Shown here: positions 37,604 to 45,960 of the stretch, piece after piece
How the letters are laid out: every line of letters starts with the position of its first letter
How positions within the stretch are numbered: the first letter of the stretch is position 1
Virus record (IMG/VR): IMGVR_UViG_3300013132_000028
Coordinates: 53,838-117,837 of that record
Origin: a virus
DNA: 64,000 nucleotides
Reading direction: 5' to 3' (one strand)
Notes under the pieces: generated by a model
Seen by the model: only the letters and a program-made list of their open reading frames with translations
Database searches by the model: none
Told to the model about the DNA's origin: nothing
Program-made: the position numbers and the translations under genes

Positions 37604-37879
37604 TTATGGAACTCTGGTGCCCGGTGCGTCGCAAAGAGTACGGCGAACGTGTTTCCAGCAAAGACGCTTCAGTCCGTCCGCACCGGTGACCACGCCGAGG
37701 AACTGCGCGTTGGCAGGCATGTTCATCCAAGCCGGTGGTTCTACCCAGTTCGGTGAGCTGGCCGTGATTGGAGTTTTCTTCGGCGGAGGAGTGCAGGTCT
37801 TGCAGGTGGCCGCGGAAACCGGGTGCATCGGGCCGAATATGGCCAGGACTGCGAGGACCGCGATGGATCGGGCTTTCAC
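37604..37879 (-). CDS. Secreted Cys-containing protein
   Basis: Signal peptide MKARSIAVLAVLAIF...VSA. Confidence 0.55.
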   Translation of the reverse strand: MKARSIAVLAVLAIFGPMHPVSAATCKTCTPPPKKTPITASSPNWVEPPAWMNMPANAQFLGVVTGADGLKRLCWKHVRRTLCDAPGTRVP

Positions 37880-38115
37880 AGCATGCCCGCCTTAATCAGG
37901 ATTTCCGTGGACGTGCCGAACGTGGCGACCCACTCCTGTGCTCTTTCTCTTGCAGCCTGTAGGTTGTCTACCGCTGTATCTTCAAACGTGTATAGGTGCT
38001 TTACCGGGACGCCGCTCTCGAGCTTCCATACTTCAAACTTCGTCGAGCCGTCCCAGCATACGAAGAGATGACGGTTCCGCGTCACGACCTCGCCGTGGTT
38101 GGTTTTCTGTGGCAT
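37876..38115 (-). CDS. Hypothetical protein
   Basis: GAAAGGA RBS. Confidence 0.6.
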   Translation of the reverse strand: MPQKTNHGEVVTRNRHLFVCWDGSTKFEVWKLESGVPVKHLYTFEDTAVDNLQAARERAQEWVATFGTSTEILIKAGML

Positions 38116-38158
38116 TTCTTTCCTTTCGTCGTTTTGTCCTTGGCTCTATTATACCGTG

Positions 38159-38232
38159 TCGGGGTGACGAGATTTGAACTCGCGACCTCCTGGTCCCGAA
38201 CCAGGCGCGCTACCAAGCTGCGCCACACCCCG
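38159..38232 (-). tRNA. tRNA-Pro(CGG)
   Basis: CGGGGTG/CACCCCG, anticodon loop TT-CGG-GA, TTCAAAT loop. Confidence 0.95.
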
Positions 38233-38239
38233 CCGGTGC

Positions 38240-39226
38240 CTAGCCTAGGAGGGACCTCAGCTTGTCCTTGAGTGACGCCAGCTCGGAACGTAGTTCCACG
38301 GTGGCCTCCTCGATGAGCTGTGTGACCAGCTGTCCGATCTGCTCGACCCTGGGGTCCAGGCCCGATGCGCCTACGACAGGCCGGTTTCTGTCCGTCTCGC
38401 CTTCGGCTGCCGCCGTGACCATGTTGTTAAACAGCTTGCCGACCGTGCGCGGTGGAACGTGGTCGCCGTGTGCGTACAGCTGGGCGAACCGACCAGCCGG
38501 ACCGCCGTTGCGCAGGATGCGCTCTTCCTCGGTCTCGGTCCTGCTGGACATCGAGCCGGCTTCGATGAGTGCGCTCAGGGCGAGCCGCACCGACCAGTCG
38601 CTGGCCTGTACGCTCTCGGTCCGCAGCGAGAAGAGAACCTCTTCCGCGGTCAGCGGTTGACTGGACTCGAGCATTATTACCTCGATGTAGTCCGCGGTTG
38701 TCTTTGCCGTGCCGCGCTTTGACTTGGCCTTAGCCTGGGCTGCCTTCGCGATTTCGAGCATCCTGGCCGCCGCGTCGGGCCGCATCAGGTCTCCGATAGA
38801 TGTGTTCGAGCTGCCGCTGGAGAACGAGGTGGGCACGTCGACGGTGTCGCGGTTGGTGAAGTGCGGTACCGGGGCCGGCTTGGTCGTGTTCCACTTTTGA
38901 GCGACAAACCAGACTGGCGTCGCGTGGCGCTGCTCGAGCGCAGGATTGTAGACGCACGCCGCGTTGCTGGTCATGCGCAAGTATCTGTAGATGGGTGCTA
39001 TAAAGGCGTCCAGCTCGGCGCGGCGTAGCTCGCCGGCGTACTGGGGCCAAATTTTCGTGCAGACTCCGCGCATCACCAGTTCGCCCTCGAACCCGGACAC
39101 GCCGTCATTGGTGGTCAGTTCCCACTTGTTTACCTGTGCGAAGCGGTGAACCCATTCGTATAGCTCCTTCGCCTGGCTTGCCACCTCGGCGTCGGTCCGT
39201 GCCTCATTGCTTGTTTTTGTTGTCAT
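38240..39226 (-). CDS. Hypothetical protein with possible winged-helix domain
   Basis: QPLTAEEV....SVRLALSALIEAG; AAGGA RBS. Confidence 0.6.
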   Translation of the reverse strand: MTTKTSNEARTDAEVASQAKELYEWVHRFAQVNKWELTTNDGVSGFEGELVMRGVCTKIWPQYAGELRRAELDAFIAPIYRYLRMTSNAACVYNPALEQRHATPVWFVAQKWNTTKPAPVPHFTNRDTVDVPTSFSSGSSNTSIGDLMRPDAAARMLEIAKAAQAKAKSKRGTAKTTADYIEVIMLESSQPLTAEEVLFSLRTESVQASDWSVRLALSALIEAGSMSSRTETEEERILRNGGPAGRFAQLYAHGDHVPPRTVGKLFNNMVTAAAEGETDRNRPVVGASGLDPRVEQIGQLVTQLIEEATVELRSELASLKDKLRSLLG

Positions 39227-39311
39227 TTGTCCTTTTTTCGTTTTTGGTATCCCGGGCCCGAGTGGAGCCGGGGTGTGTATTATGTCGTGTATAACTCCAT
39301 AACGGTGCCTT

Positions 39312-39731
39312 TTATTCCCCGAAGGGCAGCTCTGGCTGGAGAGGCTCGGCCTGGGGCTTGGACTCGACCCGTGGCTTGGAATTGAAGTACCAGGAAGTCA
39401 TCGGCTGTATGTGGTTTGGGTACTGAATCCACCAGCAGAATACGAAGGCCCAGGCCAGGCCGGCGAGGAGGCCGGTGGCTATGTAGTTGAACGGGGAGAC
39501 TATCAGGAGCACCGCGCCGACGGCCAGGTACCCGAGGCACCAGTTGTTTTTCCGCAGGGCGAGCGGCCAGGCGATGGCGAACGGCCAGAACAGGACTGCG
39601 AAGACGCCGACCAGCAGGCCCATCCCGAGGGCGGTCTCCTCCTCGACCGTGTACTGCACGTCGACGGCACCGGCCGCCTTCCGCGCGGAAGAGGCGATGT
39701 CGTACAGCAGCAGGCCGGTTATTAGTCCCAT
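39312..39731 (-). CDS. Membrane protein
   Basis: Several TM segments; leaderless. Confidence 0.6.
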   Translation of the reverse strand: MGLITGLLLYDIASSARKAAGAVDVQYTVEEETALGMGLLVGVFAVLFWPFAIAWPLALRKNNWCLGYLAVGAVLLIVSPFNYIATGLLAGLAWAFVFCWWIQYPNHIQPMTSWYFNSKPRVESKPQAEPLQPELPFGE

Positions 39732-39825
39732 ACCTTCATTATACCGCATAGGGGAGAAAATGGACAGGGGCCCGCCGCCGGTTTCCTATGCCCGGCGAAC
39801 AGGCCCCTGCTTCTGGTTTGGTTTG

Positions 39826-40014
39826 TTAGGCCAAGTTTTTCTTCGTAAGCATGCGTGTCTTCGGGTTACGAATCTTTTCGCCTGCCTGTATGATGTAGGA
39901 CTTGGCTGTTGGGTAGGAGACCCCTAAGCGAAGTGCCACTGTCTCGACCGACATGTTATCTGCATAAAGCTTCCCCGCCTTACGCACACGTGTCGCGATT
40001 TGTGCTTCCGTCAT
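39826..40014 (-). CDS. Small HTH protein, paralog of 22869
   Basis: KAGKLY...SVETVA..LGVSY.TA...I...G..IR. Confidence 0.7.
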   Translation of the reverse strand: MTEAQIATRVRKAGKLYADNMSVETVALRLGVSYPTAKSYIIQAGEKIRNPKTRMLTKKNLA

Positions 40015-40230
40015 TGCGTCCCTCCTTCTTGGGAAGAATGTGGTCGTCGGCACCTTGCCGACATGCCCTACAATAGCACGCCGCACTGTAAATGTAAAGG
40101 TGTAATAGAGTGATGCTTATCACTAAACTCGTTTCTAAAAAAGCCATCTTCGCGTACTCGCGTGACAGACGTCCCCAGGGATGTTTAGATTAGATCTAAG
40201 GCTTAGGCTTTTGGTTTGGTTTTTCCAAGG

Positions 40231-40289
40231 CACGCCGCCATAACTACGGGCCCGTGGTTCCCCACGCCGCCGTAATTACGAGCCCGTGG
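40231..40289. repeat. 27-bp direct repeat pair CACGCCGCCRTAAYTACGRGCCCGTGG
   Basis: Copies at 40231-40257 and 40263-40289, 3 mismatches. Confidence 0.85.
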
Positions 40290-40496
40290 CTCAGTCCGAC
40301 AGCTCTTCGATGGCCGGCCGGTGCTCGAGGGCACGCTGCAGCATTGGCTGAAAGGCCAGCATCCAGTCCGGCACGACGCCGTCCTCGGAAATCGCACCCG
40401 CCCTGGACAGCGAGATGTGCCGTGCCGCCTCTCGGAGGTGGCGCCAGGCCTGGTGGTGGTGATAGTGGTGCTTGGAGTAGGCCGCCGTGGTTGCGG

Positions 40497-40649
40497 TCAG
40501 TCTGTTTCCCGGTTTCGGTGCTTCGGACGCCGCCTGTAGGCTTTCTTGCTGGGCGTCGAGCCGCTGGCCGACGAGCGTCGGAGTTCCTGCAGCCGTCTCA
40601 GGCGTTCCGGCAGGTACCGTGCCGCCCGGTAAATGTTGTTGTGTCTCAT
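40497..40649 (-). CDS. Small basic protein (leaderless)
   Basis: ATG 6 nt after TATAAT; MRHNNIY...ELRRSSAS...KKAYRRRPKH. Confidence 0.5.
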   Translation of the reverse strand: MRHNNIYRAARYLPERLRRLQELRRSSASGSTPSKKAYRRRPKHRNRETD

Positions 40650-40656
40650 TCATATA

Positions 40657-40827
40657 TTATACTGTATTTCTCTCCGTGTGTAAAGCGAGCAGCTCAGCGT
40701 ATAGCCGGGCCGCCTCGTTGGCGCGCGCCGTCTGGCGCACGTGGTCTTCGCGGGTCCGGCAGAGCTCGATGTCCGCCTTCATGTCCTCCGCCAGCTCCTT
40801 CAGCTGCTGCAGGTGCTCCGCGCTCAT
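40657..40827 (-). CDS. Small hypothetical protein
   Basis: AAGGAGG RBS; MSAEHLQQL. Confidence 0.6.
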   Translation of the reverse strand: MSAEHLQQLKELAEDMKADIELCRTREDHVRQTARANEAARLYAELLALHTERNTV

Positions 40828-41735
40828 TCCGGGCCCTCCTTCTCGGGGACCGGCTCCGTCGGCTCGGCCTCCAGGATGTTCTGCTGCGCCAGCGCTGCGG
40901 CGCGCTGCTCCGCGGCCAGGGCGAGCCGCTGTAGTCGCTCGGCCACCACGATGTGGGGAGGCCGCTGGTCGTGGACGGTCAGGTTGGAGTCTATCTCCAT
41001 GCCGCCCCTCACTCCGGCGCGGTCGAGTATCTCCGTGCTGGCCTTCAGCCGCACCGGCTCGCTCGCCGCCCCTTCCATGAGCTCCTCCAGCACGTCGACC
41101 GCGTAGGTCGCCGCCTGGACCAGCTTCTTGCGGGCCCGCTCGACGTCCTCGCCGGACCGTCGGCCCTGCCCGAGGTGCGGCCGGCACAGGCCGTCGTCCT
41201 TCGGGCGCCCGCTGCTCCACAGCATGCACCGCACGCCGTCCGCCTTGACGGAGCGGCAGCGGGCCGGCAGGGAGGCCGGCCGGGCCTTCCCGGCGGTCGG
41301 GTTGTTCTGCTCGGCGAGCCAGGCCCGCGTCGCGCCGACCACCCACGGCGGGGCGAGCCGCATGGCGTGGTCGTCGACGATCAGGTCGACGCCGGTGACG
41401 TAGTCGGAGTTGTGGTTGGCGGGGTCGACCAGGAGGGGCCGCTTCTCCGCCAGCGACAGGAGCCGCCGCTCGCGGGCGGACTCGGGGGACCGGGCCGCGA
41501 TCAGGCCGGTCGGCTTGCCCGTGCCGTCGTAGACGGGGTCCCAGTTCAGCTTGCCGCGGCGCAGGGCGGCGCGGTTCTCGAAGGTGTCCTCGCAGACGCC
41601 GCGCTCGACCTCGAGCAGCCCGAGCTCGGAGAGGTCGGGGCGCAGGTCGGCGGGGGACTCGACGCGGGGCTGGAGGTCGGCGGGGTCTACCTCCACGACC
41701 GCCGGCGTGAGGCCGAAGTCGTCGGTGGTGGTCAA
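40824..41735 (-). CDS. Terminase small subunit-like protein
   Basis: RC....DG.RC...LC..H.G then ARKKL...AVDVLEELM...VRLKASTEILDRAG. Confidence 0.55.
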   Translation of the reverse strand: MTTTDDFGLTPAVVEVDPADLQPRVESPADLRPDLSELGLLEVERGVCEDTFENRAALRRGKLNWDPVYDGTGKPTGLIAARSPESARERRLLSLAEKRPLLVDPANHNSDYVTGVDLIVDDHAMRLAPPWVVGATRAWLAEQNNPTAGKARPASLPARCRSVKADGVRCMLWSSGRPKDDGLCRPHLGQGRRSGEDVERARKKLVQAATYAVDVLEELMEGAASEPVRLKASTEILDRAGVRGGMEIDSNLTVHDQRPPHIVVAERLQRLALAAEQRAAALAQQNILEAEPTEPVPEKEGPE

Positions 41736-41750
41736 GGGCGGGTCCGCCTC

Positions 41751-41960
41751 CTAGCGCCGTCCGGCCCGGAGGAGCGCCACCAGGCGCGGGGCGGGGCGGG
41801 GCGGGAACAGGGCGGAGAAAGTCAGGGAGAGGGCGGCGGACAGGGCGCCGACCCGCAGCGCCTGGCCCGGGGACGCGACAAGGACCGACGCGGCGTCCGA
41901 GAGGACGACGGCGGCGGTGGTTGAGGCGGCCGAGGCGGCGGCGCGGCGGGTGGCGGTCAC
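41751..41960 (-). CDS. Small membrane protein
   Basis: Hydrophobic; GTG start right after the upstream stop. Confidence 0.4.
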   Translation of the reverse strand: MTATRRAAASAASTTAAVVLSDAASVLVASPGQALRVGALSAALSLTFSALFPPRPAPRLVALLRAGRR

Positions 41961-41964
41961 TGCG

Positions 41965-42246
41965 TTACTTCTTTTTCTGCTTGGCCTTGGCGGCGGCGTC
42001 GAGCTTTTTGCCGGCCTCCTTGGCAACGGCCTCGCCTACCTTTCCGAAGGCGGGGTCCTTCTTGTTGAGCCAGCGGAGGGCGGTCGGGATTACCGAGGCC
42101 CACAGCGCGTTGGCGACCAGGAGCCACTCTCCCTGTCCGAAGGCGAGCGGGGAGGCGACGCCGGACGTCTGGGTGACGATCATGACGGCGGCCACCAGCT
42201 GGCCGAGGAGGTTGCGGGCGTATGACTCTAGGGCTGCTTTGTTCAT
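41965..42246 (-). CDS. Holin-like membrane protein
   Basis: LESYAR...two TMs...P.ALRWLN..DPAFG and basic tail. Confidence 0.55.
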   Translation of the reverse strand: MNKAALESYARNLLGQLVAAVMIVTQTSGVASPLAFGQGEWLLVANALWASVIPTALRWLNKKDPAFGKVGEAVAKEAGKKLDAAAKAKQKKK

Positions 42247-42486
42247 GCAGTTCCTCTTCTGTTCTGTGGGTCTTGGTTGTTTCTCCCACGTATGACATGC
42301 TGCCGCGAAAAGTTATTTGGGTGTGTGGCGAGAGACGACCGCTTTCATAAACAGATTTTTGAAAAATTATCAGAGTTCTATAATACAAGTAGCCCGTCGC
42401 GCTTGTTGGTTGCGCGAAGGGCGACTACCGTTGGGGAGCAGAAAAACTGTACAAAGTGCTCCTAAATATGTGAAAGTTAACTACAA

Positions 42487-42633
42487 CTATTCTGAGGTCA
42501 GTGAGGCGTTCCAGCAGGGACTGCAGTAATAACCTTTCTTCTCGTCGTTCCAGAGGTGGCTTAATCTGAGCCGAACACGAGCTCTACAGATGACGCACCT
42601 GAGAAGTGGCTTGGGCTCTTTCTTACCGCTCAC
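42487..42633 (-). CDS. Small zinc-finger protein
   Basis: Hand-translated CVIC...YCSPCW. Confidence 0.45.
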   Translation of the reverse strand: MSGKKEPKPLLRCVICRARVRLRLSHLWNDEKKGYYCSPCWNASLTSE

Positions 42634-42950
42634 ACTTCGCCGGAGTCGTTGGTTGGTCGCCAGGTGGTTGTCGGGTTGACCCCGTTGATGATGTCAATCG
42701 CATGTCTCAGTCCGAGGCTGTAAAGGGACTTATCTGTATCTCCCATCATAGACTCCCACTCCATGACTATGGACTGCATGACGGCGCTCACCTGGGCTAG
42801 GTGGTCTTCGACCTCTTTCTGAACAACCCCCACGTAGGGGTTTATACCGCTGTTGTTTGTGAACACCCGCAGGTCCGGCGATAGTGCCTTGACGATTCGC
42901 TCGGACAGCTCTTCAGGCAGGCGGAACTCCGTGCTCGGTATTGGTCTCAT
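42630..42950 (-). CDS. Hypothetical protein
   Basis: GAGGA RBS; LYSLGLR.A.D motif. Confidence 0.55.
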   Translation of the reverse strand: MRPIPSTEFRLPEELSERIVKALSPDLRVFTNNSGINPYVGVVQKEVEDHLAQVSAVMQSIVMEWESMMGDTDKSLYSLGLRHAIDIINGVNPTTTWRPTNDSGEV

Positions 42951-43444
42951 TTTGTTTCCTCTCTGCAGTCTTTGCATAGCAGGGCGTCGAACCCAGTTGC
43001 TCGACTTACCTGTATTCCATTCCCGGTCACTGGGACCGGAACTACTCCCCCGTTGGCACCGCCGCAGCGGTCACACATGAGGTCCTCCAGCCACTTGGCA
43101 CTACCGCCGGCGGCTTCCAACGCGGCCAGACCGCGGGTAAGAGCGTGGAGGGCACCACCGCCCTCGGTACGGCGCAGGAAGAACCGGAGGTCGGACACCT
43201 CCACGATCGGTCTCAGCTTCTTGCAGGGGCACTCCATGCGTGTCGGCTTGCAGTACACGATTCCGTTGGCATTGGTAATTCTGGCCACCGGATGTCCGCA
43301 GATGTTGATTCTGTGGTCTCGCTTGCTTTTCGCCGGTCTGGCGTTTAGCTCGTCGTCGACCTGTAGTACGTCCTCGGGGACGAGTCCTAGCTTGTCAAAT
43401 AGCGACTTCGCTGGTTCCAGACCTCTTTTTGTTTTTCTAGCCAT
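42947..43444 (-). CDS. Zinc-binding hypothetical protein
   Basis: CGH...C...CPC and CDRC...CKDC; GAGGAG RBS. Confidence 0.6.
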   Translation of the reverse strand: MARKTKRGLEPAKSLFDKLGLVPEDVLQVDDELNARPAKSKRDHRINICGHPVARITNANGIVYCKPTRMECPCKKLRPIVEVSDLRFFLRRTEGGGALHALTRGLAALEAAGGSAKWLEDLMCDRCGGANGGVVPVPVTGNGIQVSRATGFDALLCKDCREETK

Positions 43445-43452
43445 GAGCTCCT

Positions 43453-43611
43453 CTAGTCCGATTCGGGGGTCTCGAACAGACCTTTGTTGACGTCTATGTC
43501 CCGGTAAGGGCAGGTAGTGTGCGCCAGTCGACATTTAGACGTTTTGTACGGACCACAGAGCGGACAGTCTTTCACGGTCTGGTCCTCGGCTACGCTGGTA
43601 AATTCAGTCAT
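43453..43611 (-). CDS. Small Cys-rich protein
   Basis: CPLC...C..H..CPY; AGGAG RBS. Confidence 0.45.
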   Translation of the reverse strand: MTEFTSVAEDQTVKDCPLCGPYKTSKCRLAHTTCPYRDIDVNKGLFETPESD

Positions 43612-43867
43612 AGGCCAGCACTCCTCCTTCGTCGCCGTTGCCCGGCGTTGGCGCGGTTGCCATCGAACCGCAGTTGGCGCACTGAATGTCCAGGAAGTAT
43701 GCAGACATTCCTCCCTCGTCAAACTTCGCGTAGACTATCCAGAGGTCGCTCCCGCAGATGCAGACAGAGCAGGGATTGTTTTCGTCCCGCAGGTCTATCG
43801 CGTGGTCCAGAGACTTCGGTTTTATCTCAGTAACAGGCTTAGCAGGCACGTCGTCCCAGTCGGTCAT
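43604..43867 (-). CDS. Zinc-ribbon protein
   Basis: C.CGS......F...YFLD..CA.CGS.A.APTP. Confidence 0.65.
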   Translation of the reverse strand: MTDWDDVPAKPVTEIKPKSLDHAIDLRDENNPCSVCICGSDLWIVYAKFDEGGMSAYFLDIQCANCGSMATAPTPGNGDEGGVLAYD

Positions 43868-43939
43868 GAGTCCGTCCCTTCGAGTTTACAGCCACACAAT
43901 AGCGCTTAAAACCCCGAAAGTGTGACTATTGCACCGGTG

Positions 43940-44135
43940 TTTCTCAACTTATTTTCAACTTAACTTTAACTTATGTACTTAGCTTTTAACTATTAACTAT
44001 AATCAACTATTATTTGGGTAACCCCTATGTGTATGTGCATACGCGTATACTATAAATAGTCAACTTAAGTTAATAGTTAACTACTTTATAGCTGTCGCTA
44101 CCGTACTTTGTTATTTTGTTTTTATTGTTTTTTGG
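43940..44135. other. AT-rich tract with repeated AACT(T/A) units, candidate origin or packaging site
   Basis: Non-coding; about eight AACTW units plus inverted copies. Confidence 0.45.
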
Positions 44136-44144
44136 CAGTATATT

Positions 44145-44378
44145 TCAGTTGTTGATCCCGTGCAGGGAGGCAAAAATCTCGGCGCAGGTGGGGCATACTT
44201 TGTACTTTTTCGGGTCGCGAGACGGCACCCAAACTTTTCCACACAGGGCTCTTACCGGCTCACCGGTTACGTACGCACGGACCGAGTCGCTTTTCTCTAC
44301 GTAGTGCGCGAACCTGTCGTGGTCACCGCTGTTCGTGCTGGTTCTCGGGGCGGTCTCCGTCTCCGTGCTACTGCTCAT
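44145..44378 (-). CDS. DUF3039 family protein
   Basis: GDHDRFAHYV...G.PV.ALCGKVWVP.RDP....VCP.C. Confidence 0.85.
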   Translation of the reverse strand: MSSSTETETAPRTSTNSGDHDRFAHYVEKSDSVRAYVTGEPVRALCGKVWVPSRDPKKYKVCPTCAEIFASLHGINN

Positions 44379-44799
44379 AGGTCACGGGCTCCAGCCATGG
44401 TTTCGGGAAGTACTTGGTTTTGAAGTAGTGCTCGGGTCTGCCGTATCTCTCGGCCAGGCAGGCGGTGCAGCAGTTGTGGTCTCCCCAGTCTGTCGTCACC
44501 GTCTCTGGCTTGACTCTGGTCGGGTGCCAGGGCGCACCGCAGTAGCTCAGGACTGTCTCTCCCACCGCGTAGGCTTCTACGGCCTGCTGGCGGTCTCCGC
44601 GCGGGATGTGCGGTACGTGGAGTCTCGTGTACGACTCTCTCAGTTCCTGGTCGCGCTTGGCTTTCTGCATTGCGCGTATTTTTACCGCAACCTGCTCACT
44701 GACCTCGAACACCTCGTGCGGCAGCACCGTTCCGTCCGGCGCGTTCGGAGTCTGCACGAAGTAGTCCTGCTCCTCTGGCATCCCGTGAAATTCTGGCAT
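44368..44799 (-). CDS. Protein with divergent DUF3039-like domain
   Basis: H...EAY..GE.V...CG..W.P.R.....C..C. Confidence 0.55.
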   Translation of the reverse strand: MPEFHGMPEEQDYFVQTPNAPDGTVLPHEVFEVSEQVAVKIRAMQKAKRDQELRESYTRLHVPHIPRGDRQQAVEAYAVGETVLSYCGAPWHPTRVKPETVTTDWGDHNCCTACLAERYGRPEHYFKTKYFPKPWLEPVTYEQ

Positions 44800-44800
44800 T

Positions 44801-45016
44801 TTACGACTTCTTTTCCAGCAGGCAGGTGTAGTCCTCCAGCAGCGCTATCCCGTGTTTTGTCAGAGGTCCGACTAGCTCGGTTCCGTGGTGCATGCAGAAG
44901 GTGAGCTCTAGCCCGTTTAGCATGACTGCCCTGAAGTAGGCTTGTGCTCCGCACCTGTCGCAGCGGTCTGTCCAGGTCAGCGCGGGTCTTGGCTGCACTG
45001 GGGTCTGCGTAATCAT
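44801..45016 (-). CDS. Actinobacterial small zinc-finger protein
   Basis: DRCDRCGAQAY...L.FC.HH; leaderless. Confidence 0.75.
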   Translation of the reverse strand: MITQTPVQPRPALTWTDRCDRCGAQAYFRAVMLNGLELTFCMHHGTELVGPLTKHGIALLEDYTCLLEKKS

Positions 45017-45036
45017 GCCTGTATCTTACACCGGCG

Positions 45037-45960
45037 TTATGCGCCCCACCCTCTTGTGTTCGGCCAGCCAGGGTACTTTTGACTGTGCACGGCCGCGTAC
45101 TTTCCGTTCTCCCACTCTATGCCGTGGACCGTTGGTTGCAGCCGCTCGTCGAGGGTCTGCCACGGGTTTAGTATCGCGGCGAAGGTCGAGAGGTTGCTGC
45201 TGGTTGCCAGGCGCACGTCGGCTTTGGCCAGCATGTAGGCGTCTAGTATCGCCTCGTAGCCGTGGTGAGCCGGGGACTCGCAGTGTCCAAACATTGGCTG
45301 TCCGTGTGCGTTTGTGCCCCGGCACACCTGGTTGCAGAACAGCGCGTCTCCGTACTTGGTCTTGAACTCCTGCATCTCGTAGTCGTTGTCGGTGGACAGG
45401 TAGACGCTGTAGCCGTCGGCCACGTAGTCGTCCAGCGCGTCGAACACGGCTGACCTGTCCGGTATCGGCCCGTGTCCCCAGTCGGTGGTTCTGCGGTGCG
45501 TCCCGACGAACACGTAGTCCTGCATGAGGTTTCTCGTGGCTGTCTCTAGCTTGTGCTCCACCTCTGGTCTGAACCTGAATATCTTCTGCCAGATTTCTTC
45601 GTTGGCCTGCTTTACAAACTTGTCCTTCGACTTCTCGTTTCGGTGCACCGAGAGCGGACCCCAGGTGCACTTGCTGACCTTCTCCTCGTCGTAGAAGCCA
45701 GCTATCTTGCCTCCGAGCAGCCTCTCTTCTCCGGGCACCAGTGGCTTGTCGAACAGCGGCGTGAAGTAGTACTCGAACACGTTGTTGCCCGTGTTGGCGT
45801 GGTAGTAGCAGCAGTCGCTGCCCCACTCGACCGCCAGCTCCGTGTCGTATTGACCGGTCAACTGTTTCGAGCGAATCAGCTGGTTGAACACTTCCAGCGT
45901 TTCTGCAAACAGCCCCATCGGGTTCTTCGGGTCGTGGCCAGTTACCAGTACCTTCCGCAT
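45037..45960 (-). CDS. NodZ-like (GT23-type) fucosyltransferase-fold protein
   Basis: N.FEYYF.P, G.H.R.TD, YLSTD, D.YMLA..D.....SN.S. Confidence 0.75.
   Translation of the reverse strand: MRKVLVTGHDPKNPMGLFAETLEVFNQLIRSKQLTGQYDTELAVEWGSDCCYYHANTGNNVFEYYFTPLFDKPLVPGEERLLGGKIAGFYDEEKVSKCTWGPLSVHRNEKSKDKFVKQANEEIWQKIFRFRPEVEHKLETATRNLMQDYVFVGTHRRTTDWGHGPIPDRSAVFDALDDYVADGYSVYLSTDNDYEMQEFKTKYGDALFCNQVCRGTNAHGQPMFGHCESPAHHGYEAILDAYMLAKADVRLATSSNLSTFAAILNPWQTLDERLQPTVHGIEWENGKYAAVHSQKYPGWPNTRGWGA

Larger units (their letters stand above)
22556..40684. promoter_or_regulatory. Array of about 21 sigma-A-type promoters
   Basis: TATAAT boxes, most with T(T/G)TAC(T/A) or TTGAC(A/T) 17-19 nt upstream. 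Minus strand at 22556, 24008, 24771, 25920, 26391, 27282, 29939, 30286, 30831, 31400, 32264, 34336, 36029, 36729, 37331, 37582, 38148, 39738, 40656; plus strand at 27456 and 27852. Confidence 0.85.

Noticed and set aside
22556-40684. CRISPR array or integron attC sites
   Set aside because: Repeats are degenerate, irregularly spaced and match promoter consensus; no cas or integron integrase gene.
41787-41812. G-quadruplex-like GGGGC repeats
   Set aside because: Explained by Pro/Arg codons on the opposite strand within a GC-rich block.
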